Shown: positions 41,504 to 49,532 of the stretch, in pieces | Layout of the letters: each line of letters begins with the position of its first letter | Position numbering within the stretch: the stretch's first letter is position 1 | Source of the DNA: Eledone cirrhosa | Taxonomy: Eukaryota | Direction of reading: 5' to 3' | DNA: 64,000 nt | Assembly: GCA_964016885.1 (NCBI GenBank) | Contig: OZ024741.1 | Location: forward strand, 304,544,001 to 304,608,000 | Made by a program: the position numbers and the translations under genes | Notes under the pieces: generated by a model | What the model was told of the DNA's origin: nothing | Database searches by the model: none | The model's input: the letters and a program-made list of their open reading frames with translations, nothing else

Positions 41504-44231
41504 GTGTATATATTTATATATACATATACACAAACAGGGAAAAGCAGACGTAAAATGATGATGATGATGATGATCATCATCATCATCATCCCCCTCCTCT
41601 TCCCCCCCCCCACTTTTCCCTGCTTGCAAGGGTGGGACGGGTCTTATTCAGCACAACATCTCTCCACTTGTCACGGTCCTCCGTCATCTCCACCGTGAGC
41701 TTCAGCAATCTGGGGTCTGTTCTCACCACCTCCGCCCATGTTTTTCGTGGTCTACCTCTACCACGTCTTCCTTCAACTGGCATTTCCTGGCACTTCTTCA
41801 TCTCTTCATCCATCGGTCATCCGCCATGAGCATCACATGTTCATACCACCTCAGTCTCCTCGCTCGCACACTACATTCTATCCCTCTCAGACACAGTTTC
41901 TCTCTCAACACATCCATGCTGGGTCGTTCAGGCACATTGACATTAGACATCCAACAGAGCATGCTTGCCTCATTTCTCTCCAGCCGTCGCATATCTTCTG
42001 CAGTTGCTGCCCAAGTCTCACTACCATGCAGCATCGCGCTCCTCGCACAGGCATCATATATATATATTATATATATATATGTATATATTATATTATTTAT
42101 TATGTTCATGGAGGCACATGGCTTAGTGGTTAGAGCATTGGCCTTGCAATCGAAAGGTTGTGAGTTCAATTCTCAGACCGGGTGATGTGTTGTTTCCTTG
42201 AGCAAAACACTTTATTTCATATTGCTCCAGTTTACTCAGCTGTAGAAATGAGATGATAGGGACTGGGGTCCCTATCATTCCACTGCAAAGTGGTCTTGTA
42301 GGTGCCACGGCAAAAAAGCACCCAGCACTCAGTGTAAATGAGGTTGGTGTTAGGAAGGGCATCCAGCTGTAGAAATCAAGCCAGAATCAGTTCCCGTCCA
42401 ACACTTGCAAGCAGGGAAAAGTGGACGTAAAATGAAATGAAATGAAAATGATACATGGAGCAAAAGCGCTACCTTCGGTTTCAAGGCCCAATACTGACCT
42501 GAATGTAAGGGGGGTCAAAATTGTGACCAAATCTTCAGGAGCTTATACAAGTGTATCAACATAAATAAATAATATAATATTTCAGTTCTATTCCCAATTG
42601 AGCACTGTTTTCATTTTTCATTTTTCACACCTGTAGATATTGCTACATATAAGTATATATATATTTAAATTATAGTAGGAGAATGAACAACCAAATTCTT
42701 GAAAAAATATTCATTTGTTTACAATTATTCATTTACAATTATTCATTTACAATTATTCATTTATTTACAATTCAATCCACAAGATTGAGCCCTATCAATA
42801 TATGAATCGATAGGCCTAGGTGATATTAAAATTGAACTATGGTCGGACCTCATCTTCAGAACGTATAAAACAAATTTCAAAAATATATGTTACTTACAGA
42901 AAAAACTAGAAAAAATATGAAAAACGTACCAGTCCCTTTAACAGACGAAGAACCAAGCTGAAAGGTTCTATCATTTTTTTGTTGAGAAATGGATTAGGCG
43001 CCATAAGTACAGTTGTTCGACATTATCCATTTCTCAACAAAAAAATGATAGAACCTTTCACTTTGGTTCTTCATCATTCTCATTCCCGCTTTTCTTTGTT
43101 TTCTCTTCTCTCTATACTTCTCTCATTTCTCATCATATGCTTTAGACTCTCTTTCTTTCATTCCCTCTCTCCTTTCTTCTCTGACTGTTCTTAGCTCATA
43201 TGAGATTATATTTTAATCAAACATTTTGCTTGCTATACACAATAGCAACTGGCTGTTTTACAGCTACTTCTGCATTTCAGGTTCCTACAATTTTTTGAAT
43301 ATATATATATATATATATAAAATACTGAGACTGAGTCATCGGATAGGACCAAAATATCTTCAATATATACAACGTGTGAGTGTGTGTGTATGTGTTTATA
43401 TGTACATATTTATATATGTTACCCAACTACACCTCTGTTTATATGTACATATTTATATATATTACCCAACTACACCTCTCAAAGTCAATGACACATACCT
43501 TACCCAACTACACCTCTCAAAGTCAATGACACACACCTTACCCAACTACACCTCTCAAAGTCAATGACACAACCTTACCCAACTACACCTCTCAAAGTCA
43601 ATGACACACGACCGTGACTTCTGGCGTCACGCAGTAATACAGGGTACCCGACCTCCCATGGGTACATGCTGAAGCATATAAACAATATGCCCCCCCCCCC
43701 CCCCCCCCCCCACTGCAAGGTGGTCGTGGAGGTGCCACGGCAAAAAAGCACCCAGCCCACACTGTAAAGTGGACGTGTAGGCGCCACGAAAAAGCACCCA
43801 GCACTCACTGTAAATGAGATTGGTGTTAGGAAGGGCATCCAGCTGTAGAAATTAAGCCAGATCAGTTCCTGTATGAGCAAGGCATGGTCAGCCGACCAGA
43901 CACTGCCCACAACAGGACAACCCGTCTAACCCATGCTGGAAGAACGGACGTAAAACGGTGATGATGATGTAACCCTTACCAAAAGTCATATTAATGAGAA
44001 AATTTAATTATTCATTTAATAATTATTTCAGATGTTTCCAACCCCCCAAAAAAGTTATAATTTATAATAAACTACATGTGAGTTTCGTTTTTTTTTTTCT
44101 TTAAGGCCTACTTTGCTGATTGCTGCAAGAGCCGGGACCACGAGCCTGTGTTTTGTGACTATTTATCTTTAGCTATTGAGAAGTTACCAGAAAATGTTTC
44201 CCTTAAAAGTCTGTGGAATGTTCTTGCATGA
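6986..44231 (+). CDS. BBS5: Bardet-Biedl syndrome 5 protein (BBSome subunit), complete spliced CDS: join(6986-7041,10878-10960,23508-23573,24951-25000,26862-26939,32393-32439,32868-33003,35683-35778,36466-36528,37552-37686,40617-40700,44106-44231); 1020 nt, 339 aa
   Basis: The exons join in frame with GT-AG introns. Translation: [59 protein letters not shown]...[37 protein letters not shown]...[26 protein letters not shown]...[14 protein letters not shown]...SDAFAAYFAD...[20 protein letters not shown]. This matches BBS5 hallmark motifs I recall ([39 protein letters not shown]). Confidence 0.97.
8500..8800 (-). mobile_element. CRE-like (restriction-like endonuclease) non-LTR retrotransposon 3' fragment; relatives at ~7870-8105, ~10455-10645, ~41100-41200, ~51700-51900
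   Basis: C-terminal signature [16 protein letters not shown], and FETFG...[18 protein letters not shown] in the 10455 copy. Confidence 0.7.
9095..9625. mobile_element. Penelope-like pseudo-LTR / retrozyme-like element with partial tandem (~216-bp unit) and inverted copies
   Basis: A direct repeat starts at ~9101 and ~9317 (caaaatttgttt...cttaacatggtggat...), an inverted copy lies at ~9460-9525, and a second degenerate hammerhead copy lies at ~9575-9605. Confidence 0.55.
9273..9334 (-). ncRNA. Type I minimal hammerhead ribozyme with U3:A8 core variant
   Basis: Minus strand: GAGTGAAAACAAATT-TTGATAA-GGAG caaaca CTCC-GAAA-C AATT G-TC^-AATTGTTTTCACTC. 14-bp stem I with one bulge, perfect 4-bp stem II, palindromic loop 3, GUC triplet. 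Confidence 0.75.
9969..10090. mobile_element. Tigger/pogo-like MITE end fragment
   Basis: CAGTGAAATTCCGTTATAACGAA terminus with repeated (C)GTTATA/GTTGTAACGAA subterminal motifs. Confidence 0.45.
10878..10960 (+). CDS. BBS5: BBS5 exon 2
   Basis: Acceptor ttttcttgttacAG, [27 protein letters not shown](G), donor GTAGAG; 83 nt. Confidence 0.93.
11305..11497 (-). mobile_element. tRNA-derived SINE family A with Meta-like central domain
   Basis: Head GGGCGGTGGATTGGCAGTATTGG...GAGTTCAAATCC (A and B boxes), core GCCTTTCATCCTTACGGGGTCGATAAAATAAAGTACCAG, (ATT)n tail, flanking duplication TTCTGTATAATAATAAT. Further copies at ~7685, ~8195, ~39257, ~45078, ~52440, ~54691, ~56929 and ~61731. Confidence 0.88.
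11754..15114 (-). pseudogene. Tx1-like ORF2 (endonuclease-reverse transcriptase) with one frameshift near 13890-13920
   Basis: EN motifs [39 protein letters not shown] motifs [41 protein letters not shown]. The C-terminal YPRC...[10 protein letters not shown] zinc motif has lost its first Cys. Confidence 0.92.
15165..16614 (-). pseudogene. Tx1-like ORF1 (gag-like) split by frameshifts
   Basis: CX2CX4HX4C knuckle ([14 protein letters not shown]) preceded by VTVDGRRPR; low-complexity T/P/K tail. Carried by overlapping ORFs 16165-16614 and 15165-16223. Confidence 0.8.
17215..18140 (+). mobile_element. RTE-type LINE 3' fragment, degraded
   Basis: [32 protein letters not shown] with in-frame stops; same 3'UTR as the 4355 copy. 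Confidence 0.9.
19960..20977 (-). mobile_element. RTE-type LINE 3' fragment
   Basis: CGRC...VDSFRYLGD...MLHGSETW...GRPRKTW, with a (CAT)n tail at ~19960. Confidence 0.88.
21448..21505 (-). ncRNA. Type I minimal hammerhead ribozyme in a TSD-flanked ~106-bp insertion
   Basis: Minus strand: CTTTA TGCT-CTGATGA-GTCC CAC ttata GTG c GGAT-GAAA-C aat G-TT^-AGCA ag TAAAG. Canonical core and all three stems. Confidence 0.72.
23508..23573 (+). CDS. BBS5: BBS5 exon 3
   Basis: Acceptor ttcttca[23 protein letters not shown], donor GTAAGT; 66 nt. Confidence 0.95.
24951..25000 (+). CDS. BBS5: BBS5 exon 4
   Basis: Acceptor tattgc[19 protein letters not shown], donor GTAAGT; 50 nt. Confidence 0.95.
26862..26939 (+). 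CDS. BBS5: BBS5 exon 5
   Basis: Poly-T acceptor, [26 protein letters not shown], donor GTAAGT; 78 nt. Confidence 0.95.
28480..29750 (-). mobile_element. Old, degraded RTE-type LINE fragments including the RT region
   Basis: [14 protein letters not shown] motif (YADD-like) at ~29550-29590, with downstream degenerate ORF2 C-terminus. Confidence 0.7.
29900..30100. repeat. ~22-bp degenerate tandem repeat (~9 copies)
   Basis: ACACAAAATTAGATTTAGAACT-like units. Confidence 0.85.
30709..31290 (+). mobile_element. Helitron/Helentron-like non-autonomous element; copies at ~49535-49990 and ~56068-56730
   Basis: Starts TACTAG followed by a hairpin (gtgaccca-t-tgggtcac), has internal CA/TC microsatellites and a conserved block (cccggaaaaac...catatctcgggaaccc); the 49535 copy ends ttttagtggtatatagat. 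Confidence 0.6.
32393..32439 (+). CDS. BBS5: BBS5 exon 6
   Basis: Acceptor tttttct[17 protein letters not shown](R), donor GTAAGT; 47 nt. Confidence 0.95.
32868..33003 (+). CDS. BBS5: BBS5 exon 7
   Basis: [45 protein letters not shown], bounded by AG and GT; 136 nt. Confidence 0.96.
34091..34200 (+). mobile_element. tRNA-like SINE head / pseudo-tRNA (related copy at ~39795-39905, minus strand)
   Basis: A box TAGTGTAATGG and B box GGTTCGAGTCC, but no acceptor-stem pairing. Confidence 0.5.
34765..35390 (-). mobile_element. Second RTE-like LINE family, 3' fragment (another copy at ~24045-24430)
   Basis: [10 protein letters not shown]...[11 protein letters not shown]; shared sequence with 24045-24430. 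Confidence 0.75.
35683..35778 (+). CDS. BBS5: BBS5 exon 8
   Basis: [32 protein letters not shown], donor GTAAGT; 96 nt. Confidence 0.96.
36466..36528 (+). CDS. BBS5: BBS5 exon 9
   Basis: [21 protein letters not shown], donor GTAAGT; 63 nt. Confidence 0.96.
37552..37686 (+). CDS. BBS5: BBS5 exon 10
   Basis: [45 protein letters not shown], donor GTAAGA; 135 nt. Confidence 0.96.
39257..39450 (-). mobile_element. SINE family A with 15-bp TSD
   Basis: CTTTGTATAAATAAT on both flanks. Confidence 0.88.
40617..40700 (+). CDS. BBS5: BBS5 exon 11
   Basis: [28 protein letters not shown], donor GTAAGT; 84 nt. The acceptor (tggaAG) is weaker than the others. Confidence 0.88.
41520..42056 (-). mobile_element. 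RTE-type LINE 3' fragment
   Basis: [34 protein letters not shown]...GRPRKTW; same family as 1950-2520. Confidence 0.88.
42110..42430 (+). mobile_element. tRNA-derived SINE family B (CORE-like body, RTE-derived 3' tail)
   Basis: Head GGAGGCACATGGCTTAGTGGTTAGAGC...GAGTTCAATTC, body TGTTTCCTTGAGCAAAACACTT, tail cccgtccaacacttgcaagcagggaaaagtggacgtaaaa. Other copies at 1-247(-), 565-706(-, head only) and 44372-44730(-). Confidence 0.85.
42944..43075. repeat. Inverted repeat / hairpin with ~50-bp arms
   Basis: gaagaaccaagctgaaaggttctatcatttttttgttgagaaatggat ... atccatttctcaacaaaaaaatgatagaacctttcactttggttcttc. Confidence 0.85.
43419..43610 (+). repeat. ~38-bp tandem duplication of an RTE 5' junction
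   Basis: TTACCCAACTACACCTCTCAAAGTCAATGACACA four times plus one partial copy. Confidence 0.9.
43575..43970 (+). mobile_element. Short RTE-type LINE 3' fragment (young)
   Basis: Almost identical to 4645-5040, including the poly-C tract. Confidence 0.88.
44106..44231 (+). CDS. BBS5: BBS5 terminal coding exon 12
   Basis: Poly-T acceptor, [41 protein letters not shown] then TGA. Confidence 0.95.
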   Translation, partial: AYFADCCKSRDHEPVFCDYLSLAIEKLPENVSLKSLWNVLA

Positions 44232-44371
44232 TTTTTGTTTATTTTTGTATAATGTTCATGTAGAATCATATATTGATACAAGTGTGTCTGTGTTTTTGTG
44301 TGTACATACACATGATTACTCACAAGTATGCATTTATTATTACTATATATGTATATATATATATATATAGA

Positions 44372-44730
44372 TCATCATTTTACGTCCACTTTTCCCTGCT
44401 TGCAAGGGTTGGACGGGAACTGATTCTGGCTTGATTGCTACAGCTGGATGCCCTTCCTAACACCAACCTCATTTACAGTGAGTGCTGGGTGGTTTTTGCC
44501 ATGGCACCTACACAACCACTTTGCAGTGGAATGATAGGGACCCCAGGCTGTAGAAATGAGATGATAGGGACCCCAGTCCCTATCATCTCATTTCTACAGC
44601 TGAGTAAACTGGAGCAATGTGAAATAAAGTGTCTTGCTCAAGGAAACAACACACCACCTGGTCTGAGAATTGAACTCACAACCTTTCGATTGCAAGGCCA
44701 ATGCTCTAACCACTAAGCCATGTGCCTCCA
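44372..44730 (-). mobile_element. SINE family B copy just downstream of the BBS5 stop codon
   Basis: Reverse complement of the 42110-42430 element, with a small internal duplication at ~44530-44580. Confidence 0.85.
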
Positions 44731-44734
44731 TTTA

Positions 44735-44773
<39 letters not shown>

Positions 44774-44842
44774 TTATATGTATATATATACTTATATGTA
44801 TATATATATATATATGTATATATATACTTATATATATATATA

Positions 44843-44879
<37 letters not shown>

Positions 44880-44974
44880 GTAGATATATATACTTATATA
44901 TATATACTTATATATATATATATATATATACCTATATATATATACTTATATATATATATACTTATATATATATA

Positions 44975-45009
<35 letters not shown>

Positions 45010-45080
45010 TTATATATGTATACTAATATATATGTTTAATAATAATAATAATTATTATTATTATTACATATATATATAAG
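44730..45080. repeat. Interrupted (TA)n microsatellite
   Basis: Read directly from the sequence. Confidence 0.95.
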
Positions 45081-45192
45081 GGCGGTGGATTGGCAGTATC
45101 AGTAGAGGGTCGGACGCCATGCTTTCCAGCATAGTTACGTTCCTTTACGGTCTGAGTTCAAATCCCGCCGAGGTTGACTTGTTTAATCAATG

Positions 45193-45255
45193 TAGCTATT
45201 ATATATATTTCGGTAATAAGCATTATGCAACAGCTATGACCTCATCAGACAGCTA
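45193..45255 (-). ncRNA. Type I minimal hammerhead ribozyme (Penelope pLTR-like)
   Basis: Minus strand: TAGCTGT-CTGATGA-GGT...ACC-GAAA-T ATAT A-TA^-ATAGCTA. 7-bp stem I, palindromic loop 3, AUA triplet. Confidence 0.75.
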
Positions 45256-45744
45256 AAATATGAACAGAAAAAACATAAAAACATAAAGATGAAATAAAGC
45301 TTACTTCTGTTGTTTCAATTCATTGATATGCTCCAGGATGAATGTTGGTGTTGCTTTCTCAAGGCTCTGGTAACTGTTGCATAACGGTTGTGACCGAAAT
45401 ATATATAACAGCAACTATGAATAAACAAAGTTAATTTTAACCTGTTGACTTATACTTCATGTTTATAAATATACTCTGGAGTAAGCAGACCCACCTGCGC
45501 ACTTTGTCGAGTGCACTACGCTGTATACTGAAGTGTTGGTGATTAACCAACACATACTCGAATTAATATATATATCATCATCATCATCATCATCATCGTT
45601 TAACATCCATCTTCCATGCTAGCATGGGTTAGATAGGTTTGTCCCACTTGAGGCAAGATTGGTCAGCTAAACGTGTCTCACTCGTATAGAACTGTTTCTG
45701 TATATTTATATATATATATATAAGCAAAAGAGCTAACAAATATT

Positions 45745-46270
45745 GTGTTCTGGAGAGGAGATTGCGTTGGTATGGCCATGTGATGCGTATGAAGGACGAC
45801 AGCTGTATAAAAAAGTACAAAGCAATGAAAATTGATGGAAGCTATGGAGTGGGTAGACCAAAAAAAACCTGGGACGAGGTGATAAAAACAGACCTTGCTA
45901 AATTACGCCTCTCTAAGAAATGTCACTGGATCAAGATCTTTGGTGCCATGCAGTTGTACAGAAGACCCGCCTTCCCTTACATACAAACCTACAGTCAGTA
46001 AGTACCTCTTAACCCAATATACACCCCACCCCATACATCCTACCCCATCCTTCCATTTCCGTCCACTGTGTCGATGACACAACAAAAAGCACCCAGTACA
46101 CACTGTAAAGGTGGTTGGTGTTAGGAAGGGCATCCAACCGTAGAAAACCTGCCAGAGACACTTCTGTATGAGCGAGACACAGTCTCCCAATCAATCCCGC
46201 ATCAAATGGAACAAAACCGTCTAACCCATGCTAGCGTGGAAGATGGACGTTAAATGATGATGATGATGAT
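45745..46270 (+). mobile_element. RTE-type LINE 3' fragment
   Basis: [18 protein letters not shown]...GRPKKTW, 3'UTR and (TGA)n tail. Confidence 0.85.
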
Positions 46271-49200
46271 ATATATATATATTCCTATTGTCAACCACCT
46301 TGTAAGGTGGTTAGTAATAGGAAGAGTACCCCATTGTAGAAAACATGCCAAAAAGTCCTCAGTGGTATTAATGGCACAACCTCCCTAGTGTTGGTGATCT
46401 ACATGATACATGCACCCAGTACACCCTGTAAAGTGATTGGTCAGTAGAAAGGCATGAGTTTTAGAAAGTTTGCAAAACAAAGGAACGAGAGGCCCCTTCA
46501 GTTGTATCAAAGATGTGACAATCTCCCTAATATTGGTGATCTATAAAGTAGATGATGATGGGAAGGGCATTCAACTGTAGAAAATCTGCCAATCAAAGGA
46601 TCGAGAAGACCCTTCAGCTGTGTCAAAGACATAAAACAGCCCCTAGTGAAGCACACGATCATATGTAAGTAAGATGTAGAAACTCCAACCCATCTGAGAG
46701 GTCAGCAGCCCTACTTGATTGCTGACTTGGTCAGTGAAGATCCGTCCAACCCTTGTAAACAGAGAAAAGGGACATTAAATGAAAATCTATGAAGTTCAGA
46801 CCTAGTGATCTTGGTAGTCCAAAAAGGAGGTGAAATTCAATATTGATAATAGAGTATATATAATTTTATTTTTCAATATCTTACAACAAAATGATGGTGT
46901 TTCAGCAGACCGTATTGGTAGTTCGCTAAGCTTAAGAAATAAAATTATATATGTATATATGTTGAAAATAAAGTGAGGTTTCACATTAAGGTCTTTATTG
47001 ATTATACACAGTGACAACTGTTTCACAGATGGGTGGCTCAGTAAATTACAAATCTACTGAACCACTTATTATATGTATATATATATAGTTCAAAATAACA
47101 AGACAAACACAGGGATGCAATAGCATAAAGTCTTGTAAGGAAATAAAATAAATGTATGTTTTAATGTATCAGACATTAGTTCTTCATCAAGAAAAAGCAA
47201 AATTCAGAGAAAGAGGAGGTTGGGAGGTTGGAAAAAAACCCAAAACAGGCTTTCTTAGGATGGGCGTATATATACATAAATACATATCTATATATAGTGT
47301 ATGTGATTCAGTGAATTACTGGTGATACCAACACGGTCACTCAATGCATGGACAGAGTGTATATATTAAGAAAAATTATGAAGTTTCGTTTACATGTATT
47401 TAATTTTTTACTCTGTATCAACCTGTTATGCAGATTTCACAGAGGATTGGTTCATTGTCACCCATAGAAGTTATGGACCCAACTCCATTATCGATCTGAC
47501 ATCTTTAATCGATTTTCAAATCTTATTGGACTCTCATCAGAAGATTTGTATATCATCCAATCAACCACAAAGAAACATATTTTTGATGGGTATATATACC
47601 CATTCACTCTTAGTATTATTCTGTAATTTAGTGAATATGTGTTTCTTAAAGATTTAAGAAAATATGGAAAAATAATTATTGTAACTAATTTAAATGAACA
47701 TAAAATGAAATACAGTAATGTTTAGAATGACAAAAGGAAGGAAGTCAAGGAAAACTGAGAATTTAAGTGTCTTTACATAAAATGTTTTAATCAAGAAATT
47801 ATTTAAATATTTTTGACAGGTACTATGCTAGTATATATATTCTCCAAATCTAATATACTATGCTAGTATGTATATTCCCCAAATCTAATATTAATTTCCT
47901 GAAGAGATTTTGTGATATGTGATTGCAATTGTTTATTGATTTATTGGATTAATTAATTAATCTGCAAATCCTTATTTATATTCTGCAATCGTATTTTGTT
48001 AAAATTGAAATGTACATAGAAATTAATAAAATGATTTGAAGTGTTTATCTTTGGTATTTCACCTAAATTATATTAAATTATATTCTGTTCATAGTTTTGG
48101 CAGGATTTTTCTGGCTGGATGTCCTTCCTATCACCAACCACCTTACAGTGTGGACTGGGTGCATTAGTCATGCCACCAGCACTTGACAGGTTATCTTACT
48201 GAACTAAAGAGTCCTCTCCACCCTGTGTTAGTTTTTATTTGGAATGTCTGCTCTCCTAGATGAGTTGCCTTCGCCTACAGCTTACAGAGCCCACGTATAT
48301 ATATATATATATATATATATAATCTCATCATTTATCCATTTTCATCACAGACAAAGTACTTAATAGGAGTATCTGACCTCTCAGACAGGCCAGAAGCTCG
48401 CTTGTTGTTTATATACATTCCTGTACTCTAAAGAGTGCACTTGATGCATTTTATTGTGACACCAGCACTAAGGTGATTGACATATTTTTGACACAATTAA
48501 AGAGTCCTCTTTGTCCTTTGTTTGGATGCCCTTCCTGTCACCAACCACTTTACCTCCAACATTAAAGGGGTTGTCATGCCCTTGACACAAGTGAAAAGTC
48601 CTCATGACCCTTTTTAGCTTGGTTTCTTGATGCCCTTCTTGTCATCAACCACCTTATAGTGTGCACTGGGTGCTTTTTTTTGTGGCACCAGTGCTAAAGT
48701 GGTTGTCATGATGTGATGTGAGTGGAAGGTCCTCTCAACCCTTTTTAACATTGTTTCTACAGCTGGAAGCTCTTCCTAACACCAACTTTACAGAGTGCAC
48801 TGGGTGTGTTTTATTGTGGATCCAGAACTAGGGAAGTTGCCATTTATAGACACAACTGAAGAGTCATCCTTATCTATTGAAGAGAGGTATGGAGGAAAAG
48901 GGTGTTAGAATGACAAGTATCATGTCATGGATATATGACAGGTTAGGTAGGGTGCATAGTAAGGGAGAAGATAATTGCTATAGGGTAAGGTGGAATGAAG
49001 CTTTTCTTAAGTATAGCTTTGAGCTAAATACTTCACCATACTCACATAAACACTTATGTACACCTCTCTGTTGTGGAATAAGTTCCAGCTTCTACACTAA
49101 TGTTGGAAATTAGGTGCAATTGATGATTCCCATACAGTACATTAGGCAAAAAGCAGTGTAGTTAAAAGCATAAAATATGAGATTAGTTGAGCCAACTGTT

Positions 49201-49483
49201 ACAGCTTCATATGCAAATGAGATTAATCACCTCATTTACACAGACAAGAAAACTATATATTCTTGCCTGTTTTCAAAGTCCAGCAGTTGCAAGAGCAAGA
49301 GAGATCATCCTGATGAGAACTAGTTCAGTTCAAAATGCATCGACGATTGCCCACCTTGCTTGTGCTGGACACTGCCAGGTAGCAATAGCTACCAGTGTTT
49401 TTGCATAGCTACGGCTTTCTAAATGTTTATTTATAAACATACCGTATTTCTTTAGAAATACAAAATTCCACTATATATATATA

Positions 49484-49532
<49 letters not shown>

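Noticed and set aside
42780-42870. CTGAAGA motif on the minus strand as a hammerhead
   Set aside because: No correctly placed GAAA, stem III or NUH could be found.
44670-45079. Ile/Tyr-rich ORFs here and at 30846, 57221 and 62417
   Set aside because: Microsatellite translations.
47005-47070. Additional hammerhead (minus strand: long hairpin, then GAAAC AGTT GTC ACTG)
   Set aside because: The 3' half looks right, but the CUGANGA core and 5' stem I strand are absent (truncated), so it is not called as a ribozyme.
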